DNA from: a virus
Taxonomy: Duplodnaviria > Caudoviricetes
Strand: one strand, 5' to 3'
Length of the DNA stretch: 64,000 nt
IMG/VR virus record: IMGVR_UViG_3300021964_010723
Positions 18,515 through 27,733 of the stretch are shown here, in pieces (the stretch's first letter is position 1; the number at the start of each line of letters is the position of its first letter). Position numbers and translations under genes: made by a program. The notes beneath the pieces were generated by a model. That model saw only the letters and a list, made by a program, of their open reading frames with translations. It was not told the origin of the DNA and searched no databases.

Positions 18515-19385
18515 ACTTTTTACATTTGGCTGTAGTTTCACATTATATAATTGGCCGACTTGGGCAGATTTATTTGGGTTAGAATTTTCACAAGCCTACA
18601 ATTGGGGTTGTCCAGGAATAGGTAATAGAGGTATTCTAGAAAGGCTTTTCGAATGTGATGCTTGTATGAATTTTGCTCCTACAGATACAGTTGTAATACA
18701 ATGGACTAGTTATTTACGGCATGATTACATGCGAACAAATACTAACGATAAAGGAAAAAACATATCTTCATGGAAAACTTGTGGCAGTATTTTTAACAAA
18801 AATAATCAAAATATTTTCGACCGTAATTGGATTAATAAATTTTGGGAAGAACGTGTTTATTTTATACATACCCTTAACGCAATTGTAGGAGCAATAGGAT
18901 TTTTAGACGGTAAAGGTTGTAAGTGGGCAATGACGTCTATGAATGATTTATGTGCTGTAGGAAATAATATTGAAGATAAAACTTTTAGCGGAGAATATCA
19001 AAATTCAAAAAATTTACCAAAATTTTGGGATTTAGATAAAAATTTAGATTTTTATCGAACAAAAATTTGGGAAGATAATAAGGACAAATGGATATCGCCA
19101 ATAATAAATGTAATAGAAGAATGTCCTGAATATAATGCGACATTTAATTTTGATAAAAATAGTGAAGGCAAATGGGAAGAAGCTCATCCCTCAGTAATGC
19201 AACACGCTATTTGGTTATTAAGTTTAAAAGATTATCTACAATTAGATGTTAATTTAACCAAAGAACAAGCTAAAATGGTTAATGAAATAACTAATTTTCA
19301 AACTACTGCAAAAAATTATAAAGATTTTGAAGAAAAAATTAATAACACGCTCTGGGGTAAAACAATAAGAGTTGCAGGTTTATAG
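18507..19385 (+). CDS. SGNH/GDSL-like hypothetical protein
   Basis: FGCSFT block I-like motif, G.PG.GN block II, D.VVIQWT...R.D, and a C-terminal HP. Confidence 0.55.
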   Translation: MSRLFTFGCSFTLYNWPTWADLFGLEFSQAYNWGCPGIGNRGILERLFECDACMNFAPTDTVVIQWTSYLRHDYMRTNTNDKGKNISSWKTCGSIFNKNNQNIFDRNWINKFWEERVYFIHTLNAIVGAIGFLDGKGCKWAMTSMNDLCAVGNNIEDKTFSGEYQNSKNLPKFWDLDKNLDFYRTKIWEDNKDKWISPIINVIEECPEYNATFNFDKNSEGKWEEAHPSVMQHAIWLLSLKDYLQLDVNLTKEQAKMVNEITNFQTTAKNYKDFEEKINNTLWGKTIRVAGL

Positions 19386-20018
19386 CTTATAATACCAAGA
19401 TTCTGTTTTGCTTTCAGATTCAACAAAATTATAATTATGAGATAAAAGTAATTTTTTTATTTTTTCTATATCTTTAGAATTTTCTATTGTAAAGCATTTT
19501 ACATTATATTTTACAAAATCAAAATTCTCTAAAATTGCATATTCACTGCCTTCAACATCTATGCTTATGTAATCAATATCTAATGGGCTTTGAAAAAGTT
19601 CTAACAGGTTATTAAGTGAAATTGTTAAAACATTTATTTTTAAAAAATGTTTTATAATATTTTCATCAATAACATCAATTTCTTTTTCTAAGCTTGCTCT
19701 AAAATTCCAACCATAAAATAAATTTTCATTTGCACAAAATTTAAAAGGTAAAATTTTTCCAGTTTCATTGTATACACATAGATTAGATACAAAAACATCT
19801 CTGCAGTTTTGTAATGATTGTAAAAAAAATGGGTTAGGATCTACACAAATTCCATTCCATTTGTAAAATTTTTCAAGTAAAAAAGTATTATTAGCTGTTA
19901 TACCGTCAGCAGCTCCTATATCTACAAAATAACCCTTTTCTTTATAACTTAAACTATCTAAAACAAAAAAGTCTTGACCTTCTTCTGAAAACTTTAATTG
20001 ACTTCCTGGAGGACCCAT
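19380..20018 (-). CDS. FkbM-family SAM-dependent methyltransferase (probable start 20018)
   Basis: YFVDIGAADG...NNT..LE..Y.W.GICVDPN, IDYISIDVEGSE..IL..FDF; TAATG overlap with the gmhB-like stop. Confidence 0.85.
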   Translation of the reverse strand: MGPPGSQLKFSEEGQDFFVLDSLSYKEKGYFVDIGAADGITANNTFLLEKFYKWNGICVDPNPFFLQSLQNCRDVFVSNLCVYNETGKILPFKFCANENLFYGWNFRASLEKEIDVIDENIIKHFLKINVLTISLNNLLELFQSPLDIDYISIDVEGSEYAILENFDFVKYNVKCFTIENSKDIEKIKKLLLSHNYNFVESESKTESWYYKL

Positions 20019-20581
20019 TATGTGTTCCATGGTAAAGAATTTGCAAATTCGTATAAATTATCAACAATTGTAGTTTTATTTTTAATTTGTTTGTACATAG
20101 ATTTTCCTAACATTTTTTCAGTTCCTAAACCTTGTCCTGTCTTTACTAAAATTGGTAGTGCACCTACACGCAGAGCTGCTCTTAAATCACTAATACGATC
20201 TCCCACAAATGCTCCTCCTTTAAATTTTAAACCACACTCTTGTTCAGCTCTTTGAAACATACCAATATTTGGTTTTGCATATATATCTTTCTTAAACGAT
20301 GTAGTACTGTAATATATTCCACTTATACTTGTGCATCCAACAGCACCTAATTTTTCTAATAGAATTTGATGAACATTCTGCACATCTGATATAGATATTT
20401 CATTGGTATGAATACCTGGTTGATTTGATAAAATTACAACGTTATAATTTTTATCTCTAATCATCTTAATTGCTTCTAAGCTTCCATCTATAGGACGTAC
20501 TTCATTAGGAAATTTTATAGGCTTGTTGATATCATGTAAGATAGTTCCATCTCGGTCTAGTCCAATTGTAATATTATGCAT
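20018..20581 (-). CDS. gmhB: HAD phosphatase, D,D-heptose-1,7-bisphosphate phosphatase/histidinol phosphatase family
   Basis: LDRDGTI, SNQPGI, KPNIGMF, FVGDRISDLRAA...GA.PILV.TG.G. The Zn-binding CxH/CxC residues are not evident. Confidence 0.75.
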   Translation of the reverse strand: MHNITIGLDRDGTILHDINKPIKFPNEVRPIDGSLEAIKMIRDKNYNVVILSNQPGIHTNEISISDVQNVHQILLEKLGAVGCTSISGIYYSTTSFKKDIYAKPNIGMFQRAEQECGLKFKGGAFVGDRISDLRAALRVGALPILVKTGQGLGTEKMLGKSMYKQIKNKTTIVDNLYEFANSLPWNT

Positions 20582-21167
20582 GGATTGCGTTTATATTAAA
20601 TGATATTGAAATTCTTTCTTGTTCTACTTCTTGTTGTTCCACTTTGTGTAACAAATAACTAGGAAATATTAAAAGCATTCCTGATGTAGGTTGGATAATT
20701 AAATCTGTTGTGTTAAATTCTGTAGGAAATTTTTTTTTGCAATTATACGGCCAACTGCTTTCTATTACAGTCTTATTTTGAAAACATATTTTTGCATCAT
20801 TTTCTTTACAATTTAAGTAATAAACGCCGCTATATAGATGTGGTATATGATGATGTGATTCGTGATAACTGTAAATTCTATTTATATTGAACCATGACGA
20901 TGCAATCGATAAATTATCGTCTAATCCAATATCATTATGTAAAATTGTGGTTTGCTCTAAAATAAATTTTTTGAAATCAGTAAAAAGTATTTCGTCTAGT
21001 AAGTTTAACCTACCGAAACTAGTATAACTTCCAACAGGATAGTAATTTGAAAAATTTTTGTTTTGTTTTTCATAATCTTTACAATATTGTATTATATCTT
21101 CCGTATTGTTAAAATAAAAATCAGTCCTCCAACTAGGCGCCCCAAATATAGTAAAAAAATTAATCAT
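20574..21167 (-). CDS. 2OG-Fe(II) oxygenase (TIGR02466-like phage family)
   Basis: SWFNIN....YH..H.H....YSGVYYL, G.LLIFPSYL.H.V, RISISFN. Confidence 0.85.
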   Translation of the reverse strand: MINFFTIFGAPSWRTDFYFNNTEDIIQYCKDYEKQNKNFSNYYPVGSYTSFGRLNLLDEILFTDFKKFILEQTTILHNDIGLDDNLSIASSWFNINRIYSYHESHHHIPHLYSGVYYLNCKENDAKICFQNKTVIESSWPYNCKKKFPTEFNTTDLIIQPTSGMLLIFPSYLLHKVEQQEVEQERISISFNINAIHA

Positions 21168-22648
21168 TATACTAACCTTCTTTTTATTACTGTTTGGGTA
21201 TTATTAGGATACTCTTTAATTTCATTGTATGTAAACGCCATAAAATTTTCTATATTTATTTTACTCCATTCTGTCATACGATTTTCTTTTATGTCCTTTC
21301 TTGCTATAGATGGTAGTAAATTCCCGGTTCCTGCTAGAATATAGCTCCACAAAGGCCAACCTGCTATACCATAAATAGGTAAAAAAGAAGCATAATTAGG
21401 TAATCTAATTTTACAAATTTCTATAATTTCACGTACTTGCGTTGTCAACATGTTTTCTTGATTTACATATTTCCAAAATTGAGTATCAGATCTACCAGCA
21501 TGATAATGTAAGATTAGAAAATCTTTTAACAAATCATACATAAAAGTATGTTGTAAATTATAATTTTTAATATTTTGTTCATCACACGTTTCAATTACAC
21601 TAGGTGATAAGTATTGACAAAAATCTTCTAATTGACATATTGTAGTATGGATACTTGTAGCTTCTAATGGTTCTGCAAAAGCGGCTGACAATCCAATACA
21701 AAGACAGTTTTTGATCCATAACTTGTCAAGTCTACCAGAATCAAATTTAATAACTTTAATTGGATCTATAGACTTACCAAAATAGTCTGATATTTCTTGC
21801 TGAGCATTATCATCAGATAAAAAATCACTAGAATAAACATAGCCACATCCTTTACGAGTAACCAATGGTATTTCCCACATCCACCCATTTTTTTGAGCTA
21901 CTGCTTTTGTTACTGGTTTAATAGTGTCTTTTTCATTGTACTTTATTATGAATGGCATTGCTCTATCAACAGGTAACTTATCTTTATAACTATGCCAGGA
22001 TACACCAAGTTTGTTAGCAATTAAACGTGTAAATCCAGATGCATCAATAAAAAAATCTGCGCTTATAATTTCATTATTACTTAGAACTAATTTTTCTACA
22101 AAACCATTTTCATTTAATAACACATCTAATACTTTTGTGTCCTTATGTTTGACAGAACTCCCACAAATCTTTTTAAAATATTTTCCTACCTTGTGCGCAT
22201 CAAAATGATAAGCTGCAGGTCCGTCAGGTTGGAATAATGTATCTTTATTATGTTCAAGTAAAATTCCATCTTTTGAACTATAATGCATTTTTTTTGGACC
22301 ATACTCTGCTAAACAATAAGCGAATGAATAATCAAATGCCTGCGAACTTGTTATTGAGCCGTCAATAGGAGCTACATAACTTGTTTTATCTCCCCTCCAA
22401 TTAACAAATTCAATTCCTAATTTTGCTGTAACATCACAACTGTTTACAAAATCATTTTCATTACATCCGTAATTGTGTGTAATGTTTTGAATAATATTTG
22501 TTAAAGATCCTGTACTACCTTCTCCAGCACCTATAATACCTATATTTGACGATTCAATTACTGTAATATCATGAATTGGTTGCTTTTTAGAAATAATTAA
22601 TGCTGCTAACCACCCGGCTGTTCCACCGCCAACTATTACTATTTTCAT
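21167..22648 (-). CDS. Tryptophan-halogenase-family flavin-dependent enzyme (FDH2)
   Basis: GGGTAG, GAGEGST, TAKLGI, YHFDA, GWMWEIP, FAEPLEA. Confidence 0.9.
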   Translation of the reverse strand: MKIVIVGGGTAGWLAALIISKKQPIHDITVIESSNIGIIGAGEGSTGSLTNIIQNITHNYGCNENDFVNSCDVTAKLGIEFVNWRGDKTSYVAPIDGSITSSQAFDYSFAYCLAEYGPKKMHYSSKDGILLEHNKDTLFQPDGPAAYHFDAHKVGKYFKKICGSSVKHKDTKVLDVLLNENGFVEKLVLSNNEIISADFFIDASGFTRLIANKLGVSWHSYKDKLPVDRAMPFIIKYNEKDTIKPVTKAVAQKNGWMWEIPLVTRKGCGYVYSSDFLSDDNAQQEISDYFGKSIDPIKVIKFDSGRLDKLWIKNCLCIGLSAAFAEPLEATSIHTTICQLEDFCQYLSPSVIETCDEQNIKNYNLQHTFMYDLLKDFLILHYHAGRSDTQFWKYVNQENMLTTQVREIIEICKIRLPNYASFLPIYGIAGWPLWSYILAGTGNLLPSIARKDIKENRMTEWSKINIENFMAFTYNEIKEYPNNTQTVIKRRLV

Positions 22649-24108
22649 TGGCCGTTATTTTTGTAGTATTCTATTAGATTGGTATGAGGTGTACATCTAT
22701 ATTTTCTTACTTGTTCGTCTTTATAAAACTTTTCTAATGCAAGTTCTGCAGAGTATTGAATGTCTTTATTTCCATCATTTACTAATTGAAATCCGTATTG
22801 TACCATCAAACAAATCCAATTAGGAACTTGAAACATTGTAAAGCTATTGGGGTCAAATTTCCTTGAAATGCTATATCTAAAATTATAATCATTTATAATT
22901 TTTTCTATAAATTTTTGAGTAGGACTTGGTTGAAACTTTGCTCTTACATAATCCCAAAATATTCCAGTATTTGTGCTGTTAGAATAATGCATGTTTACAA
23001 AATCTATTACATTTTCAAAATAATTTTTTATGATTGTATTGTATAACGTTTTATCATTTTCTAATACTAATCCTAATCTAAGTCTATTTTCTAATTCTAC
23101 AGCACCTTTAATAATTAAACTAATTCCAGTGCTTTCTAATGGTTCTACAAATCCTGCACTTAGGCCAATTGATACAATATTTTTTTCCCAAAAATTTTCT
23201 ATGTAATACGGAGTCCAATCTATTACCTTTAGATTTTCTTTTTTTAACCTACCATTCCAATATTTGCATAAAAAATCTTTTGCTAAATCAATATCTGTAA
23301 CATCTCGGTTAAAAACTAAACCTGAACCTATCCTTGATTGCGTTGGAATTTGCCAAATCCAACCATGTTCAACAGCATCACAAATAACATAAGGTCTAAC
23401 TTCTTGTTCGTAATTTTGAAAATTCACACGTCCTGCAATTGCTGTGTTACAAAATAATCTATTATCAATTTCAACTTTTTTTTGTTTTTTTAAAATACTT
23501 TGAAATCCTGTGCAATCAACGTATAGATCTGCACTTTCAATGCTACAATCTATTAATTCTAAACTTGTTATTTCTCCATTAATATTTTTGTTTACTGTTA
23601 CTACTTCTTTTTTTATAACTTCTATACTAGAAGAACATCTATTTTGAATGTAAGTAACTAATTTTCCTGCATCTACATGAAATGAATAAATTCCTGTCTC
23701 ATGTAAATCTACTAAATTATGATTTACTGCACTATCGTACAACATGCATGCATAATCCTTATAATCTAGATTATTTTTATAGGCTAAAACTTCCCAAATA
23801 TCCATACTTAAATGGTTAAGATGCAAATTAGCAAAAAACGGGTGCCAAATTTTTGATCCTTCTTTTTGCCAATTAGAAAACAGTATACCAGCTTTAAAAG
23901 TTGCATCTATATTGGTGAACCAATCATTAAATTCAAAACCACAATCTCTCATAAAACCAAAAAAATCTAGAACAGTTCCTTCTCCCACACCGATAGGTGT
24001 TCCATGTTCTTTATCAATTACGGTTACTCGGGTACGTGGTAAATTCTTAGAAAGATATGCAGCAGTCATCCATCCAGCAGTTCCGCCGCCTACTATGATT
24101 ATTCTCAT
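22645..24108 (-). CDS. Tryptophan-halogenase-family flavin-dependent enzyme (FDH3)
   Basis: GGGTAG, GVGEGT, ATFKAGI, GWIWQIP, FVEPLESTG. Confidence 0.92.
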   Translation of the reverse strand: MRIIIVGGGTAGWMTAAYLSKNLPRTRVTVIDKEHGTPIGVGEGTVLDFFGFMRDCGFEFNDWFTNIDATFKAGILFSNWQKEGSKIWHPFFANLHLNHLSMDIWEVLAYKNNLDYKDYACMLYDSAVNHNLVDLHETGIYSFHVDAGKLVTYIQNRCSSSIEVIKKEVVTVNKNINGEITSLELIDCSIESADLYVDCTGFQSILKKQKKVEIDNRLFCNTAIAGRVNFQNYEQEVRPYVICDAVEHGWIWQIPTQSRIGSGLVFNRDVTDIDLAKDFLCKYWNGRLKKENLKVIDWTPYYIENFWEKNIVSIGLSAGFVEPLESTGISLIIKGAVELENRLRLGLVLENDKTLYNTIIKNYFENVIDFVNMHYSNSTNTGIFWDYVRAKFQPSPTQKFIEKIINDYNFRYSISRKFDPNSFTMFQVPNWICLMVQYGFQLVNDGNKDIQYSAELALEKFYKDEQVRKYRCTPHTNLIEYYKNNGQ

Positions 24109-24111
24109 TAC

Positions 24112-24846
24112 TTATATAAAAAATTGTTGGTTTAATCTATATATGTTGTTGGTAAACATTTTGTCATATATGTATGCACTATGGAAAATATTTTGCTGAT
24201 ATAAAATCATACGGTTATATTTCATTTCAACTAAATGTATTTTTTTCCAATCTCCTTCATCTTCAATAACAAACTTTGTTGGTTTTATTGTTCCATGTAT
24301 ATCTAAAAAATTATGGTTAAATTCTGATATAATTTTATCATCTAAAGCATAAAAGGCAGTGCCACCAGCACATTCTTCTTCAGTGTTTAAATAAATTGTA
24401 GAAGCAAATGCTCTAAAATCAGGATTGTCTATATGTGGAACTCTAGGAGGTAAATTTTCAGACGTCATTACATTAACCATAAATGTAGCTCTTGTAAAAC
24501 TTGAAATTATTTGATCATTGCAGCCTGTTTTTTCAAATTCTGGGTTTACAACTTCTGGAAAAGTTTCTTTTATAATTTTATCATATACTGGCCCTAAAGA
24601 GTCTAACAAATAAAAAGCATTTATTCTACCACTATTTTTACCTGCAGGTAAATCTGAAGTTATTCTTTCATTACAAGTAGGAGGAATTAAAAGTGCTAAT
24701 TCTCTAACTAGGTCTGGATTTTTATAAAAATCATCTACAATAATTACTTTTACTTTGTCAAATTTTGTTTCTAAATTTACAATTTTAATGTTGAAATTAG
24801 GATTTGTTTGAAAAACTTCATGCTCGTTAATAAATTGTTTAATCAT
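24112..24846 (-). CDS. DUF6445-like putative 2OG-Fe(II) oxygenase
   Basis: IIVDDFY.NPD.VR..AL, PHID...FA..IYL, GGTAFY, MKYNRMILY....FHSA. Confidence 0.65.
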   Translation of the reverse strand: MIKQFINEHEVFQTNPNFNIKIVNLETKFDKVKVIIVDDFYKNPDLVRELALLIPPTCNERITSDLPAGKNSGRINAFYLLDSLGPVYDKIIKETFPEVVNPEFEKTGCNDQIISSFTRATFMVNVMTSENLPPRVPHIDNPDFRAFASTIYLNTEEECAGGTAFYALDDKIISEFNHNFLDIHGTIKPTKFVIEDEGDWKKIHLVEMKYNRMILYQQNIFHSAYIYDKMFTNNIYRLNQQFFI

Positions 24847-26641
24847 TTGTAATTTTAATTAAAAAATTATACTCTGGCAGATACAAATATTCTATAAGAC
24901 TATTTTTTAAAGTTTGTAACGCATCTTCTAATGTTTCTACTAATGGATCTCCTCCTAAATTAAAACTTGTGTTAAATAAAATTGGTACTCCAGATTCCTT
25001 GTAAAATTCTTTTAAAAGATTATAGAAATGCAAATTTTGTTCTTTTTTAACTGTTTGTATTCGACAAGTATTGTCTATATGAATAATACTAGGAATTTGC
25101 TCCAATTTATCTTTTTTGCAATTAACAGCATACATCATATGAGGACTTTGATCCATACCTTTTAAATCAAACCATTCATGAACATGTTCATGTAAAATTG
25201 ATCCTGCAAAAGGTCTAAAATATTCTCTATTTTTTACTTTGTTTACAAAATCTTTTCCGTCTGCAAAGGTAGGATCAAAAAGAATGCTTCTATTACCTAA
25301 TGCTCTTGGTCCGCTTTCAGATCTACCTTGAAAAATTGAAACTATATTTTTATTTTTTAAAAGATTTACTACGTCTTTATAAGAAGCGTTTTCAATAATT
25401 TCTGCATTGTTCTTTGTTGCCAAGTCTTTTATTTCGTCTATTGTATAATTATATTTTGGTCCTAAATACAAACTATCTGCATAAGTTCTAACATTTGTAT
25501 CACTTGTTAATCTATGATATACAAGTAAAGCTGCGCCAATACATGTTCCTGCATCGCTTGAAATAGGTTCTACATAAAAATTTATATTTTCATCTTGTAA
25601 AAAATCTAAATACCAATAGTTTGCAACACAATTTAATCCGTAACCTCCAGAAAAAACTACATTTGAAATTCTTGTATCTCTAACTGCTTTTTTAATAATT
25701 TCTAATGACTCTGCTTGACTTTCAGTTTGAACTGCATAGGCCATATCTCTTCTATTTTGTAGGAGAGTTACATCTAAATTATTTTCCCAAAACTCATCTG
25801 GTGTTTGTAATTCTTTATATCTACCAAAATTAACTTCAGCACCATTAGGGTAAGTAGGAATAATAACATTTCTATCTGTTGTTCGCCAATCTCCACCGTT
25901 TCCGTCTGTGTACAAAGGTGGTATTTTAGAATTAGAATTACCATAAGGAAAAAGCCCCATTGTTTTTCCAGCCTCAATAGGTGCCCAGCCACAATATTGA
26001 GTTACTGCTTCATACGCCTTTGTAATACCTGCTGTATCATCGATAATTAGTTCATGTGTTCCATCTTCACCAAATTGTTCTGATGTAAAATTTTCCATAC
26101 GACATCCGCCCCAAGGTCCTCTACCTCCTTGATGTTTGTACACTGTTTGTATATTATTTGGATATGAACATGTAAATATACTCTCTAATTCCCAAGTCAT
26201 TTCTGTTATATTATTCATTTGTAAAGGTATAAATGATCCTGCACCATCAATTATTACAGCAGTTGCAACATCAAAGCCACTTCTGTAAAATGCACAAGCA
26301 GCATGCAGTTTATGATGTATATGACTTAGATCTATTACTTGATGATGGTTAAACAGGTCAGCTTTTCTATCTATAAGTCCAAATTTTCTAGCCAACCCAG
26401 TATAAATATCATCTCCTGTAAAATCTACATGTCCTGAAGATTCTTGTAAAGGTTGGGTGTGCGCTATGACAAGATAATCAATTTTATCTGTATATTCTAA
26501 TATTTTTGCCATACATGCATATGGTCCTCCGTCATATTTGTGTCTACTTAATCTTTCTTCTTCAATAGAAAAAATTATTTCACCATTTTTAAGTAAACAA
26601 ACGGCTGCATTATGACCTCTTGTAATCGCTGCTATCCACAT
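24839..26641 (-). CDS. Carbamoyltransferase (NodU/CmcH family)
   Basis: H.A.VCLL..GEI....EEERLSR.K, HH..HA..AFY.S.F, DG.G, GK.MGL.PYG, SGG..LNCVAN, D.G..IGAA, GPRALG.RSIL, K.RE.FRPFA, P.L.NTSFN..G.PLVET. Confidence 0.95.
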   Translation of the reverse strand: MWIAAITRGHNAAVCLLKNGEIIFSIEEERLSRHKYDGGPYACMAKILEYTDKIDYLVIAHTQPLQESSGHVDFTGDDIYTGLARKFGLIDRKADLFNHHQVIDLSHIHHKLHAACAFYRSGFDVATAVIIDGAGSFIPLQMNNITEMTWELESIFTCSYPNNIQTVYKHQGGRGPWGGCRMENFTSEQFGEDGTHELIIDDTAGITKAYEAVTQYCGWAPIEAGKTMGLFPYGNSNSKIPPLYTDGNGGDWRTTDRNVIIPTYPNGAEVNFGRYKELQTPDEFWENNLDVTLLQNRRDMAYAVQTESQAESLEIIKKAVRDTRISNVVFSGGYGLNCVANYWYLDFLQDENINFYVEPISSDAGTCIGAALLVYHRLTSDTNVRTYADSLYLGPKYNYTIDEIKDLATKNNAEIIENASYKDVVNLLKNKNIVSIFQGRSESGPRALGNRSILFDPTFADGKDFVNKVKNREYFRPFAGSILHEHVHEWFDLKGMDQSPHMMYAVNCKKDKLEQIPSIIHIDNTCRIQTVKKEQNLHFYNLLKEFYKESGVPILFNTSFNLGGDPLVETLEDALQTLKNSLIEYLYLPEYNFLIKITND

Positions 26642-26650
26642 AATTCTCTT

Positions 26651-27688
26651 TTAGTTTTTAGGAGGAGTTAAAGAGCCGTTACTAATAGAAAACTTTTTTT
26701 GCTCTTCAATGTTGGGTTGAATAGGCATTGGTAAAACTTTATTTTTGTGAATTATTGATTTTCCTAACTTTTTTCTAACATCACTAATAACCTTATCTAA
26801 TAAAGTTGTATCCATTTCCATTAATTCATCATTTAATCTTTCTATGTGATCTTCTAATGAAATTCTTATTGGACTATATATTCTTTTATCTTTTCCTAGA
26901 TCAACAATATTGAATTTTTTAAAATTTGGATACGATATATTAATTGGAAAAGTAGATCCTAAAATAATTGTTCCATCTTTATTGAAACTTCTAGCTATGT
27001 GTTGCCCTACACTATCACATCCTATAAAATGATCGCACATATCGATAATACCTGCCCAGATTCTTAAGTCAGGAATTTGCGGCATAGCAACTGGATATTT
27101 GTTTACATCATTTTTATCAAGAGTAATAGGAAATTCAGACATTAAAATTACAGAATAATCTTTTTTAAGATTATTAATTATGTCAACAACATTATTAAGA
27201 TGCATACTTCGAGAACTTGGATCGATTACAAATTCATCATTATTTACGACTCCTCTGCCAAAGGGCTGAATTACAATAACCTGATCGAACCCAGTTTTTT
27301 CTCTAACTTCTTTAACAACTTTATAAGCTTCAGTTACTTCGTATTTGTTTAGAACTATTTTTGGAGGAGGAAGGTCTCTTATTCCTTGATTTGATATTGC
27401 AATATCAAATGCTTGAGATAGACTACATTTTTGATTATAATATTCCCAAATTCTATATGGTTCAGGAGATATAACATCTCTATGTATAATATGTTCTGCA
27501 AATAAACCTTTATGCCAGTTATCATATGCCTTTGAATGAAGTATAGGATGTCCTTTAAAAAAATCCATTCCGCCTTCACAAACTATGATAAAATCATCTG
27601 TTTTTTCTGCTAATTTTTCAAATGCAGGAATAGAAGTAATTACTCTACCTGCACCTCCATTTATAAAATATGCTTTTGATCTTTCCAT
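26651..27688 (-). CDS. Glycosyltransferase, GT9 (heptosyltransferase)-like fold
   Basis: GG.GRVITSIPA.EKL N-terminus, VIQPFG, A.II..CDHFIGCDSVGQHIA.SF......ILGST.P. Confidence 0.6.
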   Translation of the reverse strand: MERSKAYFINGGAGRVITSIPAFEKLAEKTDDFIIVCEGGMDFFKGHPILHSKAYDNWHKGLFAEHIIHRDVISPEPYRIWEYYNQKCSLSQAFDIAISNQGIRDLPPPKIVLNKYEVTEAYKVVKEVREKTGFDQVIVIQPFGRGVVNNDEFVIDPSSRSMHLNNVVDIINNLKKDYSVILMSEFPITLDKNDVNKYPVAMPQIPDLRIWAGIIDMCDHFIGCDSVGQHIARSFNKDGTIILGSTFPINISYPNFKKFNIVDLGKDKRIYSPIRISLEDHIERLNDELMEMDTTLLDKVISDVRKKLGKSIIHKNKVLPMPIQPNIEEQKKFSISNGSLTPPKN

Positions 27689-27706
27689 ATTGCTCTCATC
27701 TAGGAG

Positions 27707-27714
27707 TATTTATA
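27707..27714 (-). promoter_or_regulatory. Canonical T4 late promoter TATAAATA ahead of the enzyme operon
   Basis: tatttata on + strand, 19 nt upstream of the ATG at 27688. Confidence 0.65.
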
Positions 27715-27733
27715 GAAAAAATAAACAGAAATT

